A stretch of DNA of 63,987 bases, counting the filler, from Octopus bimaculoides (lineage: Eukaryota), in assembly GCF_001194135.2 (NCBI RefSeq). It is 9 parts of 9 records of this genome, joined end to end, with 100 filler letters (N's around TTAATTAATTAA, not from the genome) between each part and the next. Parts side by side here need not be neighbours in the genome. Positions count along the whole stretch, not along the records: positions 1 to 28,807 come from NC_068989.1; 8 more parts are not named here. One strand, written 5' to 3'. Positions 1 to 11,629 of the stretch are shown here, one piece after another. The position numbers and the translations under genes were made by a program. Positions within the stretch are counted from its first letter, which is position 1, and the number at the start of each line of letters is the position of its first letter. The notes under the pieces were generated by a model. The model was not told the DNA's origin and ran no database searches. It saw only the letters and a list, made by a program, of their open reading frames with translations.

Positions 1-106
1 CACGTGTACCCTTAACGTAGTTTTCAGGGAGATTCAGCGTAACACAGAGCAACACAGAGTGTGACAAAATTAGCCCTTTGAAATACAGATACTACTCATT
101 TTTGGC
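1..106 (-). mobile_element. SINE fragment (D-head/C-tail type), cut by the window edge
   Basis: The reverse complement (caaaaatgagtagtatctgtatttcaaaggg...gttaagggtacacgtg) matches the SINE at 49045-49340 and the tail of the SINE at 12561-12960. Confidence 0.7.
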
Positions 107-109
107 GTG

Positions 110-1832
110 TTTGTATGCATGCATGTATGCATGCATGTATGCATGTATGTATGTATGTATGTATTATGTATGTATGTATGTATGTATGTATGTATTATGT
201 ATGTATGTCATTATTCAGTTTTATTTCAAAATGTCTTACCAATAGAGAAAGAGCCGGTTTCTAACCTACATCCAAAGCTCCTTTATTGGAATTTCAACAT
301 CAACAACAGGATATTTTTGTTTTTGTTTGTTTGTTTGTATCTATGTATGTATGTATGTATGCATGCATGTATGTATGTATGTATGTATGTATGTATGTGC
401 AGATTTGTATGTTTTATGTACGTATTCCCATACATATAGTTGCATATCTAGACATGCTCATATATATTTAAATGATAAACTTCTGGAAAGCTTTACAGAT
501 TTTTACAGTTTCAGTGATGGATTATATCTGTAGTCTATGAATTATCTTCCTCCTTTCTGGTTTTGAAAAGCCTAATTTCTCAAGATTTGTATTTAGGCAG
601 TGTGTTACATATCTCAGAGCCCCAATAATTACAGGTATAAAACTGTACTTGGAGTCTGGATAGAGTAACTTCAGATTTCTCAACAGTTCAGCGGAAGTAT
701 TCTCTTTTTCACTGATCTTCAGCTTTATGCTAGCATCCGCTGGACAGTTAATTTCCACAGCTGTATACAGTCTCTCTTCTCTATCCCAAATCATTATTTC
801 AGGTCTGTTGTGCTAACATTTTATTGAGATCTTCGCTGGGGCATTCCACCAGTACTCCTTTTTATTATGAATGGCTATGGCTTCTACCATACTGTGGGTT
901 CTTATTTCTTTGTCCTCGGGGTTATCCTTCCGATGGATTTCATTATACAGTGTTCTAGTTACATCATGCCTCATCGGTAAATAAACCGTGATGACATTTT
1001 CGGACAACTGCTTATGACATGGGTGATATCTTCGGTGTTAACTCCACAAAATCTGTATAGGCTGTCACGTTTTACTGCTTTTCCAGCATCTCTATCCCTT
1101 TCGTTAATATTTCCTGTTCCTGGATTGCAAATGCATACCCATCAAAGTGGGAGGTAGTAATTCGGTTGTTGGTCCATGATAGACTACTTTGATGATCAAT
1201 CTTACAATCATCTCGGAGCTTTCTAACATATCCATGCATAGTCTTCTGCTCATATAGGTTCATCCTTTCATCTGATGATACGTTGCGGTAGAGTCGTGTG
1301 ACATTTTGGGGCCTGTATTTTAGGTCATCAGACAAGGAATGTCGCTCAAGGAGCTGCCTTCCAAGTCTTATGATGTTATCAGCCTCATATATGCAAACTT
1401 GGTCAATAGATACACTTCGATACTTGTTGGTTAAAAGATGTTGCCGAAGGGATATGATACGACATTCAAAGGCAGTTTGGATCGATGCTAAGTCTCTGTC
1501 GCTTTGTTTTCGTTTTAGGTAATGGCGGTCTACGTCACTGTTTATGTGGAAATTATGTGTGCTTGTTAGTATTTTTCGGGTTTTCACATCAATGGCTCGG
1601 ATCTCATCAAACGTCTAATCAAGAACCCCGAATGCTAGAATGAGTACTAGCAGTGCAAACACAATGTGGGCCACTGTTTTATTGAATGCAGAGACTTTTG
1701 AGGTCCAGATTTTCTTTATTTGTCTGTAATATTTTTTAGTGACACGTGTTTTGTTAGAGGTGCCATTGTAAGATATGTTTCATCCACCCCTAGATATCTG
1801 TAACATTGCTCATCAGATATACCATAAAAATC
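110..1832 (-). mobile_element. 5'-truncated, degenerate R4/Dong-type (RLE-endonuclease) LINE
   Basis: Frameshifted minus-strand translation gives, in order: YRYLGVDE (end of RT), HINSDVDRHYLKRKQSDRDL (thumb, LYxxRxxGGRGL-like), FAIQEQEI, YRFC..THVISSCPKM (decayed CCHC), MRHD, then IWD..VEINCP..EK (RLE nuclease). A 3' UTR and a (CATA)n tail follow. Confidence 0.85.
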
Positions 1833-1849
1833 GTATATATGTATGTATG

Positions 1850-1883
<34 letters not shown>

Positions 1884-2074
1884 TGTATGTAGATAATTTA
1901 ACATTATTTTCCGAGGAATGCTTTGTTTTTCTTTAATTCAAAGGTTCCACGGCCTGAAAAAAATATTCGAAACAATCTACCATAGAATACTTTGTACAGT
2001 CACCCTATTGACGCATTTCATTCCCACAGTATCTACATTATGTTATATCAATTCTTATTATAAATTTCTGGCAT

Positions 2075-2284
2075 AAGCGGTGAGCTGGCATAATCGTTAG
2101 CACGCCGAGAGAAATGCTTAGCGGTATTTTGTCTGCCGCTACGTTTTTAGTTCAAATTCCGCCAAGGTCGACTTCGTCTTTCGCGGTCGATTAAATAAGT
2201 ACCTTTTGCGCACTGGAGTCGATGTGATCGACTTACCTTCTCTCCCCAAATTTCAGACCTTGTGCCTATAGTTGAAAGGATTGT
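2075..2284 (+). mobile_element. tRNA-derived SINE, family A
   Basis: Head GCGGTGAGCTGGCATAATCGTTAG (A box-like) and AGTTCAAATTCC (B box-like); similar to more than 15 other copies in the window. Confidence 0.85.
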
Positions 2285-2749
2285 TAATCTTTTGTTTTAA
2301 CTGCATGAGACTAAACTACAGTTAAGAGGACCTTGGAGAGAGAACTCACAAACGATTTTATTTCAATGTGTTACGAGTTAATCCAAAAACACTACTCAGA
2401 AATGTCGGTTATAATAAACGTAGCCAGCACAGTATGACCGAACGGTTAAGAAGTCCGTTTTGTAATCACGAGATCCCGGGTTCGATCTTGCTTCGTAGCA
2501 TTTTGGGCACATTTTTATTTTCCGTAGCTTCCAGTCGACCCAAACTTTGTGAATGAAATTTGGTTGATGGAAAATGTACAGAAAGCCCGTCGGGTGGAAT
2601 ACGCATACAATCCCAAAAGGTACAGCTTCGTCACACATTGTGTCACATTGATTCTGTTTTTCGTGCCAAGTACTCATGTACTATCTTTTCAGCGAATTGA
2701 TCAATTAAAAAAAAAAATTGTCCTGATAAATAAATTTCACCAATTCTCC

Positions 2750-3290
2750 TTGGGGAGAGATCTGTATCAGCTCTTATTTCATGCCACTCCTCAAGTTCAT
2801 TTGCTATCCCAGTTATGTTGTCGACTTCATCATGGTCACAGATTTGGACAGTATAGGGACTGGCCTCTTTCCTTTACTGCAGATGTTGTTTCTGAGTCAC
2901 AATATGTGCTTTACATGACGTCAACACAGATTTGAGATCACAGCCACCATCACTGCGTCGAAAGTATAGCCAGTCTATATCTTCACTGACGTTGAAGCTT
3001 CCTGTAATATTGAGCAGCCTGCGAGTTCAAACATCTGTCTCATTGAGTTCTTATAGTGACCAGTTCAAAGGACCAAATGTAGGCATGAGAACAGACATTG
3101 CAATGGTGTTGTGAGCAATAAGCTTGTTGTAATATGAGAGCTCTGATGATTATATTCTCTTTACTCTCCTGGGGTAGTAATTCCTGGTCCTCTCCTTATT
3201 TATGCTTTCATCACATCTGACATTCTCACCTTGTCCAAGATACCTATAATTGTCACCTGACTGTAGAAGCTGTACCACTAAACCGTTCGT
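2750..3290 (-). mobile_element. Old R4/Dong-type LINE relic (end of RT and thumb)
   Basis: One minus frame with stops reads NYRYLGQGEN..RRVKRI*SSELSYYNKLIAHNT..TFGPLNW..DWLYFRRSDGGCDL, colinear with the 1400-1830 part of the first LINE. Confidence 0.7.
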
Positions 3291-3473
3291 TTTTAGGTAT
3301 TCAGAGGACACAACTTTCTAAGGTTTTATTTTCAAAAATACACATTTGGACTCACCAAATTTCATTTCAATGTTTGTAGAAAATTGGGTAATGAGGTCCA
3401 ATTGTTTTGTTTTATTTATGTATGCTCTCCTCTTCGTCTTTTTATTTTTAGAGTAAATTTTGATCGACCACTG

Positions 3474-3868
3474 ACTCTTTTACTCTTTTACTCTTTTACT
3501 TGTTTCAGTCATTTGACTGTAGCCATGCTGGAGCACCACCCTCAGTCAAACAAATCGACCCCAGGACTTATTCTTTGGAAGCCTAGTACTTATTCTATCG
3601 ATCTGTTTTGCCGAACCACTAAGTTAAGGGGACGTAAACACACCAGCATCGGTTGTCAAGCGATGTTGGGGGGACAAACACAGACACACAAACATAAACA
3701 CACACATATATATAGACATATATACGACGGGCTTCTTTCAGTTTTCCGTCTGCCAAATCCACTCACAAGGCTTTGGTCAGCCCGAGACTATAGTAGAAGA
3801 CACTTGCCCAAGGTGCCACGCAGTGGTTGGTAAGCAAGCTACTTACCACACAGCCACTCCTACGCCTA
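3474..3868 (-). mobile_element. tRNA-derived SINE, family B, near full length
   Basis: Minus-strand head TAGGCGTAGGAGTGGCTGTGTGGTAAG, internal CA/TA microsatellite and (GAGTAAAA)n tail; near-identical copies at 23396-23809 and 63520-63945. Confidence 0.85.
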
Positions 3869-4586
3869 GACTTGTAAAGGAAAGAATTTTGCTTTAACCA
3901 CCATCCATTAAATCTTAAAAAAAGTTTTGCAGATTTACGTAGTCCCATATATCGTGATCATTTGTAGGAAATAAATTAAGGATTTGCATTTTCTCCCCAA
4001 GAACCCAAGTTCAGCCATAATTTGCTTCAGATGGGTTGGATGTATCTTGCTGTTCAAATGATAATAGCTATGAACCTGAAAATGTGTTTTGGGTAGATAC
4101 TATGTATGTATGTATGTATGTATGTATGCGTGCGTGCTGGCGTGGGCTTGTGTATGTATGTATTAGAAAAACTAAAGGCCCGCTACGATAAGTATGTGAA
4201 TCTGAGAGGAGAACATGTTGACTAAAATTATAATTAACTGATCCTCCTGTATTTTCTTTCACCCAAAGCCAGGAACTTTTCAGCACCCTTGCTATATAGT
4301 ATTAACTCTGAAAGACATACCCCAGATCAAGAGTAAACTATTGTCGACACAAAATGAATTGTTAATTTTCGGTCGGTATTTAAAGCTAAATTTAAACTAA
4401 ACAAGCAATACGCTTCGGATACAGAGAGAGTGCTACATCTGCAACAAGGTGTGTCTAGGATAACAATTTCATTCTGGTAGTGTAGTATTTGTTTTCTGTA
4501 ACAGTTCATTAATCTGGCAAAAAGGGATTGTTGTCGAGATATGAATTCGTATTTGCAGGAGATATAGTATTATTATAGTATGTAGT

Positions 4587-4815
4587 AAGGCAGAGAATTG
4601 ACCAAATCGTTAGCACGATAGGCAAAATGTTTTGTATTTCGTCTGTCTATACGTTCTGAGTTCAGATTCGGCAGAGATCGACTTTGCCTATCATACTTTG
4701 AGGGTCGATGAAATAAGTACCAGTTGAATACTGGAGTCGATGTAATTGACTTATTCCCTCCCCTCCTCACCTTACTAAATTCCAGGCCTTGCACCTAGTG
4801 TAGAAACGATTATTA
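4587..4815 (+). mobile_element. SINE family A, diverged copy
   Basis: Colinear similarity to 2075-2284 and 54905-55122. Confidence 0.75.
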
Positions 4816-5029
4816 TGGTATCTAGTCGACCAGTTTACGTCTCAGCTATCACTAACAGCCAAACGTATGATGAACGAACAAGGTAAAATCTATGACAATC
4901 ATGGGCAACCGTCGATCCGAAAAAAATTATATTGAATTTTTTAGTAGTGCGTCTCGTTTGATGATGTGCCATATATCACGTAGTCCGCTTCTCTAAACAC
5001 GTTGCCCATGCCTAGTCTACGCTACAACT

Positions 5030-5215
5030 CGGCTGCTAGAAATAGCAACCAAACAGCATCAAATCATATTACGCTGCTTTAAAATTGGAAGGACACATTA
5101 AACAATGGTGTTGTAGATATACAAAAAAGAGAGGATGGTTCAGGTTGGAATGCCTTTGATCATGGATTCACTCAGTCTGTCAGATCAGGACTGATCTGGA
5201 GCTAAACAACAGCCA
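5030..5215 (+). mobile_element. Interspersed repeat, probably the 3' part of a SINE (family E)
   Basis: gctagaaatagcaacc...ggaatgcctttgatcat...ggagctaaacaac; weaker related segments at ~13380-13470 and ~56040-56200. Confidence 0.4.
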
Positions 5216-5338
5216 AATTTATGAATGCCACTCCTAAGGTCTCTTCATTGGCCCTCCTCAAGTAGCGTCTATGTTAAAATGAATTCTCTAATAAGTTACG
5301 TATCTGCCTTTTGATATATTTCCTCTTCTCTGTCTTAG

Positions 5339-5423
5339 CCCACTTACCTTGAAATGCATTCACCACAAAGTCCTTTAGCATAGGCATGTTAAAGGATCCG
5401 TAGAGCAGAACCCGATATTACAA
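5339..5423 (+). other. Candidate exon, apparently non-coding
   Basis: Pyrimidine tract ttcctcttctctgtcttag before it and a perfect GTAAGT donor after it; stops in all three frames. Confidence 0.35.
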
Positions 5424-5447
5424 GTAAGTTAATTTATGTTTTCTTTT

Positions 5448-5497
<50 letters not shown>

Positions 5498-5531
5498 TTG
5501 AACTCATTTATTTTTCTAAATACTTCAACAG

Positions 5532-5564
5532 GGAACTTGATGCCAGCTACGTGACAAAGAGAAG
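5532..5564 (+). other. Candidate 33-nt exon
   Basis: Acceptor tttttctaaatacttcaacag and donor AAG|GTAAGT; one open frame, ELDASYVTKR. Confidence 0.4.
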
Positions 5565-6501
5565 GTAAGTATATAAGACGGTTTATACATTGTAGAGGAG
5601 GTTTTTTTTAATTAAATAATAACCGAACAGCTCTTCGCACAATGATTGTTTTGTTGATAATGTCTATTTATTTCCTTTTTGCTTATGTACTTTTTTTTAT
5701 TTTGTTTTTTGTTCTTTTCAATTTGCATTATTTATTCCCTTTCTTTGTGCGCGACAATGCATCCCATTCGACATATCACAGATGACATGCTGCGCGTTTG
5801 TTGCATATGAACATATGAACGTTGCGCCGTTTATTTGTTATACATATGCTGTTGAAAAGATTTTGCCCTAAATCTAAAACCACCATCACAGGATCTCTTG
5901 AAGAAACATTGATATTAAGCTAAACTGTTAGCTGATCTCCTTGAGTTTTGGACAATGCTATTTCCTGTGTAAACCGAGCAAAACAGTGCCCAATACATTT
6001 TCTCATTACCAGTACACTCATCTGATAAGTATATAAATAAACTACTAGAGTGGTAATGGTTAAGTTTATAATTGTAATATAAGAGCATTCAGTTTGGGTT
6101 CGACCCTACTTGGGAATGAACATCCTTGATCAAATATCAAAGGTTGTTTACGCAATCAATGATTCAGTTTTTTAAGTCTTTAACTTAACATTCTTGCTCG
6201 GCCCTATCCCATCTTTGCGTAGACTAAGAAGGAGATCAGCAAATAAATTGATAAACAAATAAATAGATGGCTAGGAGGATGCACAACGGTTTTGAGCGTT
6301 AAGTTTTTAAGAGATATTGTATATTGTAAAGTGAGTTTCAGGCATTGGCTGAAATAACTTTCAGATTTCTAAGCAATTGTAAAATATAACATGAAGTATA
6401 AAACATTATAACAACCACACACCCGCGTGCGCACACACACGCACACACACATATACATACAAACCCATACACACACATATACATACATACATACATACAT
6501 A

Positions 6502-7386
6502 CGATGTGTGGTTAAAAAGTATCCGACCTTTGGCCAAAAAAGCAAGTAATATTAAAAGAATTCATTATTTTGATTTAGTCTCCTTCAATGTATTCGCCTT
6601 TGGAGTCTACACACTTCTGCGTTCCTGCCACTGCTAGAAACATTTCTGGAAATCACTTTTTGTGATGCTGTAGGGCTGTGCTGTTGAATTTTGCTTAATG
6701 TCCTCTGTTGACTCAAGTCTTCTCTCTTTGAGTATGTTTTTTTGAGCTTTGAGAATAGCCAAAAGTCACACGGGACTAAGTCTGGGGTGTAGGAAGCCTG
6801 ACGAACAAGTGGTGTGTTTTGCTTGACGAGGAATGCTTGGACGACGTGGGCGAAATGAGCGATTGCGTTGTCATGGTGGAGTTGGCAGTTCTTTGCTACC
6901 CACAGGTCGGGTCGTTTTCGCCGCAAGGCTTCACGAAGGCGACGAAGAACCCCCAGGTAGTATTCCTTATATTTGTCTGACCTTCTGGTGCATATTCATA
7001 GCTCACTATCCACTGAGATACGGTCATATTTGAACCTGTTGTACCACTCCTTTATTTGTGTTTTTTCCCATAGCAGCATCTCCAAAGGCCTTCTGAATCT
7101 TCTCGATAGTCTGGGCTTACGTATCATCAAGTTTTTGGTAGAATTTGATACAGTATCTTTACTCAATGCACTCGGTCATCTTAATTCAAAAAGAAAAATC
7201 ACACAGCGCACTCTTCACGTCTGTACTCAATGCGTCACTGCGAGCATATGGCGCAACCTAAAAACATGAAATTTTTTGCGCAGGCTCAGGAAGGACGCGG
7301 CCACCTAAAACCCATGCGGCTTTTGCTCACGTATTATTATTTTGTACAAAAAAGACCAAGGCCGGATACGTTTTGACTACACCTCG
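6502..7386 (-). mobile_element. Internally deleted mariner element
   Basis: Imperfect ~28-bp TIRs (CGATGTGTGGTTAAAAAGTATCCGACC / CGAGGTGTAGTCAAAACGTATCCGGCC) flanked by TA. N-terminal MTECIE*RYCIKFYQKL..EWYNRFK is joined to C-terminal LHHDNA..YTPDLVPCDFWLF (HDNA and YSPDLAPxD motifs). Confidence 0.9.
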
Positions 7387-7460
7387 TATATTTACATACA
7401 GACATACTTACTTAGCTATACATATTCCTATCAGCGCACATATAGATACATACATGCTTA

Positions 7461-8387
7461 CGTAGTCCGATCAGCAAGTATCCGGACTGTTGCCATATTA
7501 ACGAAGCTAAAGCATGCAAATTAAAGCTGCTTGGTACAGATTGACCTTGAACTCTGCTCTGCACGCGCACTAAGTTTTAACGTTCTAGTTCACTTCTGCT
7601 GTTTACAGAAGTGCTTGGAAGGAAGGTGTGTAGCGTATGATCGTCGCATTGAACATGACAGAGAAAGTTGAGCAGAGAATCTGCATCAAATTTTGCCAAA
7701 AGCTTTGCTATACCTGCTCAGAGGCTTACGCAAAGTTTTCAAGAAGTTTTCATCGTTCAAAACACAATCAAGGAGACCTTGTGCAACTGAAACCCGAGTA
7801 TTTTTTTGGTCAGTCGAAAGCAGTTTTGGCACAAACTTGGCAGACACGCGTATCATACCCAAATCTTCAGTGATAATGGACTGAACTGAACCGTAACTAA
7901 TCTGCACATTCTCTGATAACTCACGAATTCGAGGGTTTCCCCTCACAGCTATATGCACNNNNNNNNNNAATCTGCACATTCTCTGATAACTCACGAATTC
8001 GAGGGTTTCCCCTCACAGCTACATGCACATCTGCGATGTTTTTCTCAGTTCTGCAGGCTGCGGATCTTCCAGAATGTTCGTCAATATCGAAATTTCTTCA
8101 GCCATCTTGAAAACGTATGATCCACTCGTACACTTGTGTACTCTCATACACTCCTTTCCATACACTTTCTGCAACTTTGCGTAGGCTTCTGAGCAGGTAT
8201 CGCCATGGTCAATGCGACGATCACATGCTACACACCTTCCTTCTAAGCACGAAAGTGAGCTAGAACGTTAAAACTTAGTTCGCATGCACAACAGAGTTCA
8301 AGGTCAATCTGTGCGAAGCGGCTTTACTCTGCATACATTAGCTTCGTTACTCTGGCAACAGTCCGGATACTTTTTGATCGGACCCCG
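7461..8387. mobile_element. Mariner derivative made of two inverted 5' ends; no catalytic domain
   Basis: TA-flanked TIRs. 7461-~7740 (+) and 8387-~8170 (-) are the same 5' UTR and transposase start (MTEKVEQRICIKFCQK). The minus arm continues through the HTH to RVSAKFVPKLL (WVPHEL-like linker) and ends there. Confidence 0.85.
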
Positions 8388-8401
8388 TATATGTATACAC
8401 A

Positions 8402-8439
<38 letters not shown>

Positions 8440-9155
8440 ACGCTGAAGTTAGTCACGTTGACATAGAGGTATATTCATCCTTTAATGTAAAACATCTCAC
8501 CCCCTAAACTTTTGCTCTAAATCCAAACCTTGTGGAAAAAGAAATGCTTGTCTTGGAATAAATACAAAGAAACGTCTGTCTAAAGAAGACCCAGGCAGTG
8601 ACCAAACGGTCGTACTGAACTGCTAATTAATGTATGGATTTAACAAGACAGAAAACAGTAGTGAACTATCGCTGTGCTTGTAACTCTCAAAAGAAATTCC
8701 TGCAGAGTATTTATTTTCATCAAGATCTCTACTAACCAATTCTACAAAAGGGCTTAAGCGGTTTCGTCGATCAATTTACATGGAGAAGAGGAAGAGCCGC
8801 TTAGGCTTCAGTGCGAAGCGCTGCAAAAGCAGACTAGTAATATGCTAGCTACATCAAGCATCAAAATACACAGTAAATATATTTACACACACGCGCCCGT
8901 GCACACACTGCTCTATTGACGCCAATTCATTCTACTCTATTTCGAACTTAGTTGCACATCAGAACATTTTTCTCCTTTTTTCATCCTCTTAACTGAATTT
9001 TGCTATAATCATTTAACTCCATTTCATTAAACCGAATCCATTATAAAATTCCGCATTTTTCTATATTTATATATAAAGTTTTTCTATATGTGCTATATTT
9101 TTGTATTATTATCACAAATATAATTTCTGGTAAATTAATAATTTATTTACGCTCG

Positions 9156-9285
9156 GGCATGGTTTTGTCATTAAGAAGCTTGCTTTACAACAACGTAGTT
9201 TCTTGGGCAAGTGTTTGCTGCTATAGCACCGGGCCAACCTATGTCTTGTCAGTGAATTTGGTAGACGAAAACTGTGGGGAAGTCG
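9156..9285 (+). mobile_element. SINE family B, diverged 5' part
   Basis: aagaagcttgcttta..cttgggcaagtg..gaatttggtagacgaaaactg, similar to family B heads. Confidence 0.55.
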
Positions 9286-9289
9286 GTAT

Positions 9290-9908
9290 GTATGTATGCA
9301 TGTATGTATATATATATGCATGCATGTATGTATGCATTCATGCCTGAATGTATGTATGCATGTATGTATGTATGTATGTATGTATGCATGCATGTATGTA
9401 TGTATGCATGTAAATATGTATGTATGCATGCATGAATATATGTATGCATGTTTGCATATATGTGTATATATGTATGTATGTATGTATGTATGCATGTATG
9501 TATGTATGTATGCATGTATGTATGTATGTCATTATTCAGTTTATTTCAAGATTTCTTGCCAAAAGAGTAAGAATCGGTTTCTAACCTAGATCCAAGGCTC
9601 CTTCAGTGGAATTTCAACATCAACAACAGTGTATTTTTGTTTGTTTGTTTGTATGTATGTATGTATGTATGTATGTATGTATGTATGTGCAGGTTTGTAT
9701 GTTTTATGTATGTTTTCTTATGCATATAGTTGCATATCTAGACGTGCTCATATATAAATGATAAACGTCTGGAAAGTTTTACAGATTTTCATTGTTCCAG
9801 TGATGGACTATATCTGTAGTCTTCGAATTATCGTCCTCCTTTCTGGTTTTGTGAAGCCTAATTTCTCAAGATTCGTATTTAGGCAGTGTGTTACCCATCC
9901 CAGGGCCC
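9290..9908 (-). mobile_element. 3' end of the same R4/Dong family as 110-1832
   Basis: High similarity to 207-620; minus frame ALGWVTHCLNTNLEKLGFTKPERR..TMKICKTFQTFII*, followed by the UTR and (CATA)n. Confidence 0.85.
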
Positions 9909-10237
9909 TTCTTCCTGGATTGTGCACAATCAAAAGCCCATACTTCGTTGGAACATGTTGACATGCACTCTAGACTCCATGCAAATCATTTATATTTCTT
10001 CGGGAAGCAAGTTGTCATTCCAACATGTGACACAATGTACGGAACTTTTAGTATTTGCAGGACTTTCAATGCCAATATTCGTTCTTATTTCTCGTTAGGT
10101 AATTCAAATATAAATTACGGTGTATCATTCCAGTCTTTCTTCCAAAAGTACGAGCTTTAAACTTTTGCACCTTTTGTATCAGCTGTGTCCCTGCTTATAT
10201 CAATCGTTTTGTGTGCATGCGTGCGTGCATCATGTGA

Positions 10238-10295
<58 letters not shown>

Positions 10296-10320
10296 ATGCG
10301 TGGGTGCGTGTGTAGGATTA

Positions 10321-10770
10321 CTGGATTGCTTCCAGTTCAGCAGTGAACTTCACGATACCATTGCACCTCAACTAGGAGCTGTAATCTAATAGAATTATAC
10401 ATATTTGATCTGTTGTTTGGAATTGTTCTAGGATCCATCCTGCTTGTTATCTGCACGCTGCTACCATCTTAGCAATATGCATATTAATTTATGCGTCATT
10501 AATCATAAACAGCAGAATTCTTCAAACTCACTTGCTTTGTTTTCATCACCCAACCTGCATATGACATTGAAATCGTTTTGTAGGTTGTTCACACTATCAA
10601 AACACTCGATCGCTTTGATATTTGCCTATCCTCAGCGTAGATAGCAAGAGTCATTGTTCTGATAACTGCGAATATTTCAAGATTTCTGTGTTACAATCTA
10701 TAACTTCCTAGAAACAATTCTCTGGGCTACTCTTCTGGGAATTGTTGACTTCTTTGAAAAAATGCTCTTG
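10321..10770 (-). mobile_element. Degenerate CR1-type LINE RT fragment
   Basis: Minus-strand pieces IYAEDRQI (YADD-like), NLQNDFNVIC, QAGWIL and LDYSS*L..TAELEAIQ, typical of the CR1 RT and thumb. Confidence 0.6.
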
Positions 10771-11217
10771 ACCGTCACAACTAGGACGCCACAATTTTGC
10801 CTGTTAATCATGTTTTAAAAATCTATCATTCACTCTATTTTTTAATCAACTGCTGGATTACGGGAGCGTAAATAAACCAACACCGTTTGTCAAGCAGAGT
10901 CTGGATTACCGGAAAAACAAAGTGCTCTGCTAAGACCACACTTTATCTATAATACATCTACATGTAAGTATCAAGTAGCTGTTTCAACACCCTATCGCAG
11001 ATGTGTTGGAAGGAAACCAAACTGCTTGAACTAAAAATAAGCGTAAATTTTTTCTCCATGATTTGCTTGATATTTGAAGTTTAAAAGTTGGGTCTTAACT
11101 TGAAGTATCTTTTCCGCTATGTCTCGTCTGGATGAGACATATCACTTCTTTCAGCTTTAAGATGAATGTGAGCGTGTCATATTCATGGAAAATGAACAAT
11201 CAGATCTTTTATTTTTC

Positions 11218-11629
11218 ATTTTTTACTTGTTTCACTCATTAGACAGCATGAAAAATAAAAGATCTTGAAGAATGTTTTAGTCAAATGAATCGACCCCAGT
11301 AAATTTTTTCTTCTTTTTAAAGCCTAGTACTTATTCTATCGATGTTTTGCCGAACTGCTAATTTACGGGGACGTAAATACAGCAACACCGGTTGTCAAAC
11401 GGTGATGGGGGTCAAACACATATACAAACACATGCACACACACATACACACACACACGTACGACGGGCTTCTTTCAGTTTCGTCTACTAAATCCACTGGT
11501 AAGGCTATGATCGGCCCGAGACGCTCTAGTAGAAGTTACTTGCCCACGGTGTCATCACGTAGTGGGACTGAACCCCGGAACCATGTGGTTAGGAAGCAAG
11601 CTCTTATCACACAGCCACGCCTGCGCCTA
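11218..11629 (-). mobile_element. SINE family B
   Basis: Colinear with 3474-3868. Confidence 0.8.

Noticed and set aside
7901-8028. 58-bp direct duplication inside the fold-back mariner
   Set aside because: The two copies flank a 12-N gap; most likely an unmerged contig overlap.
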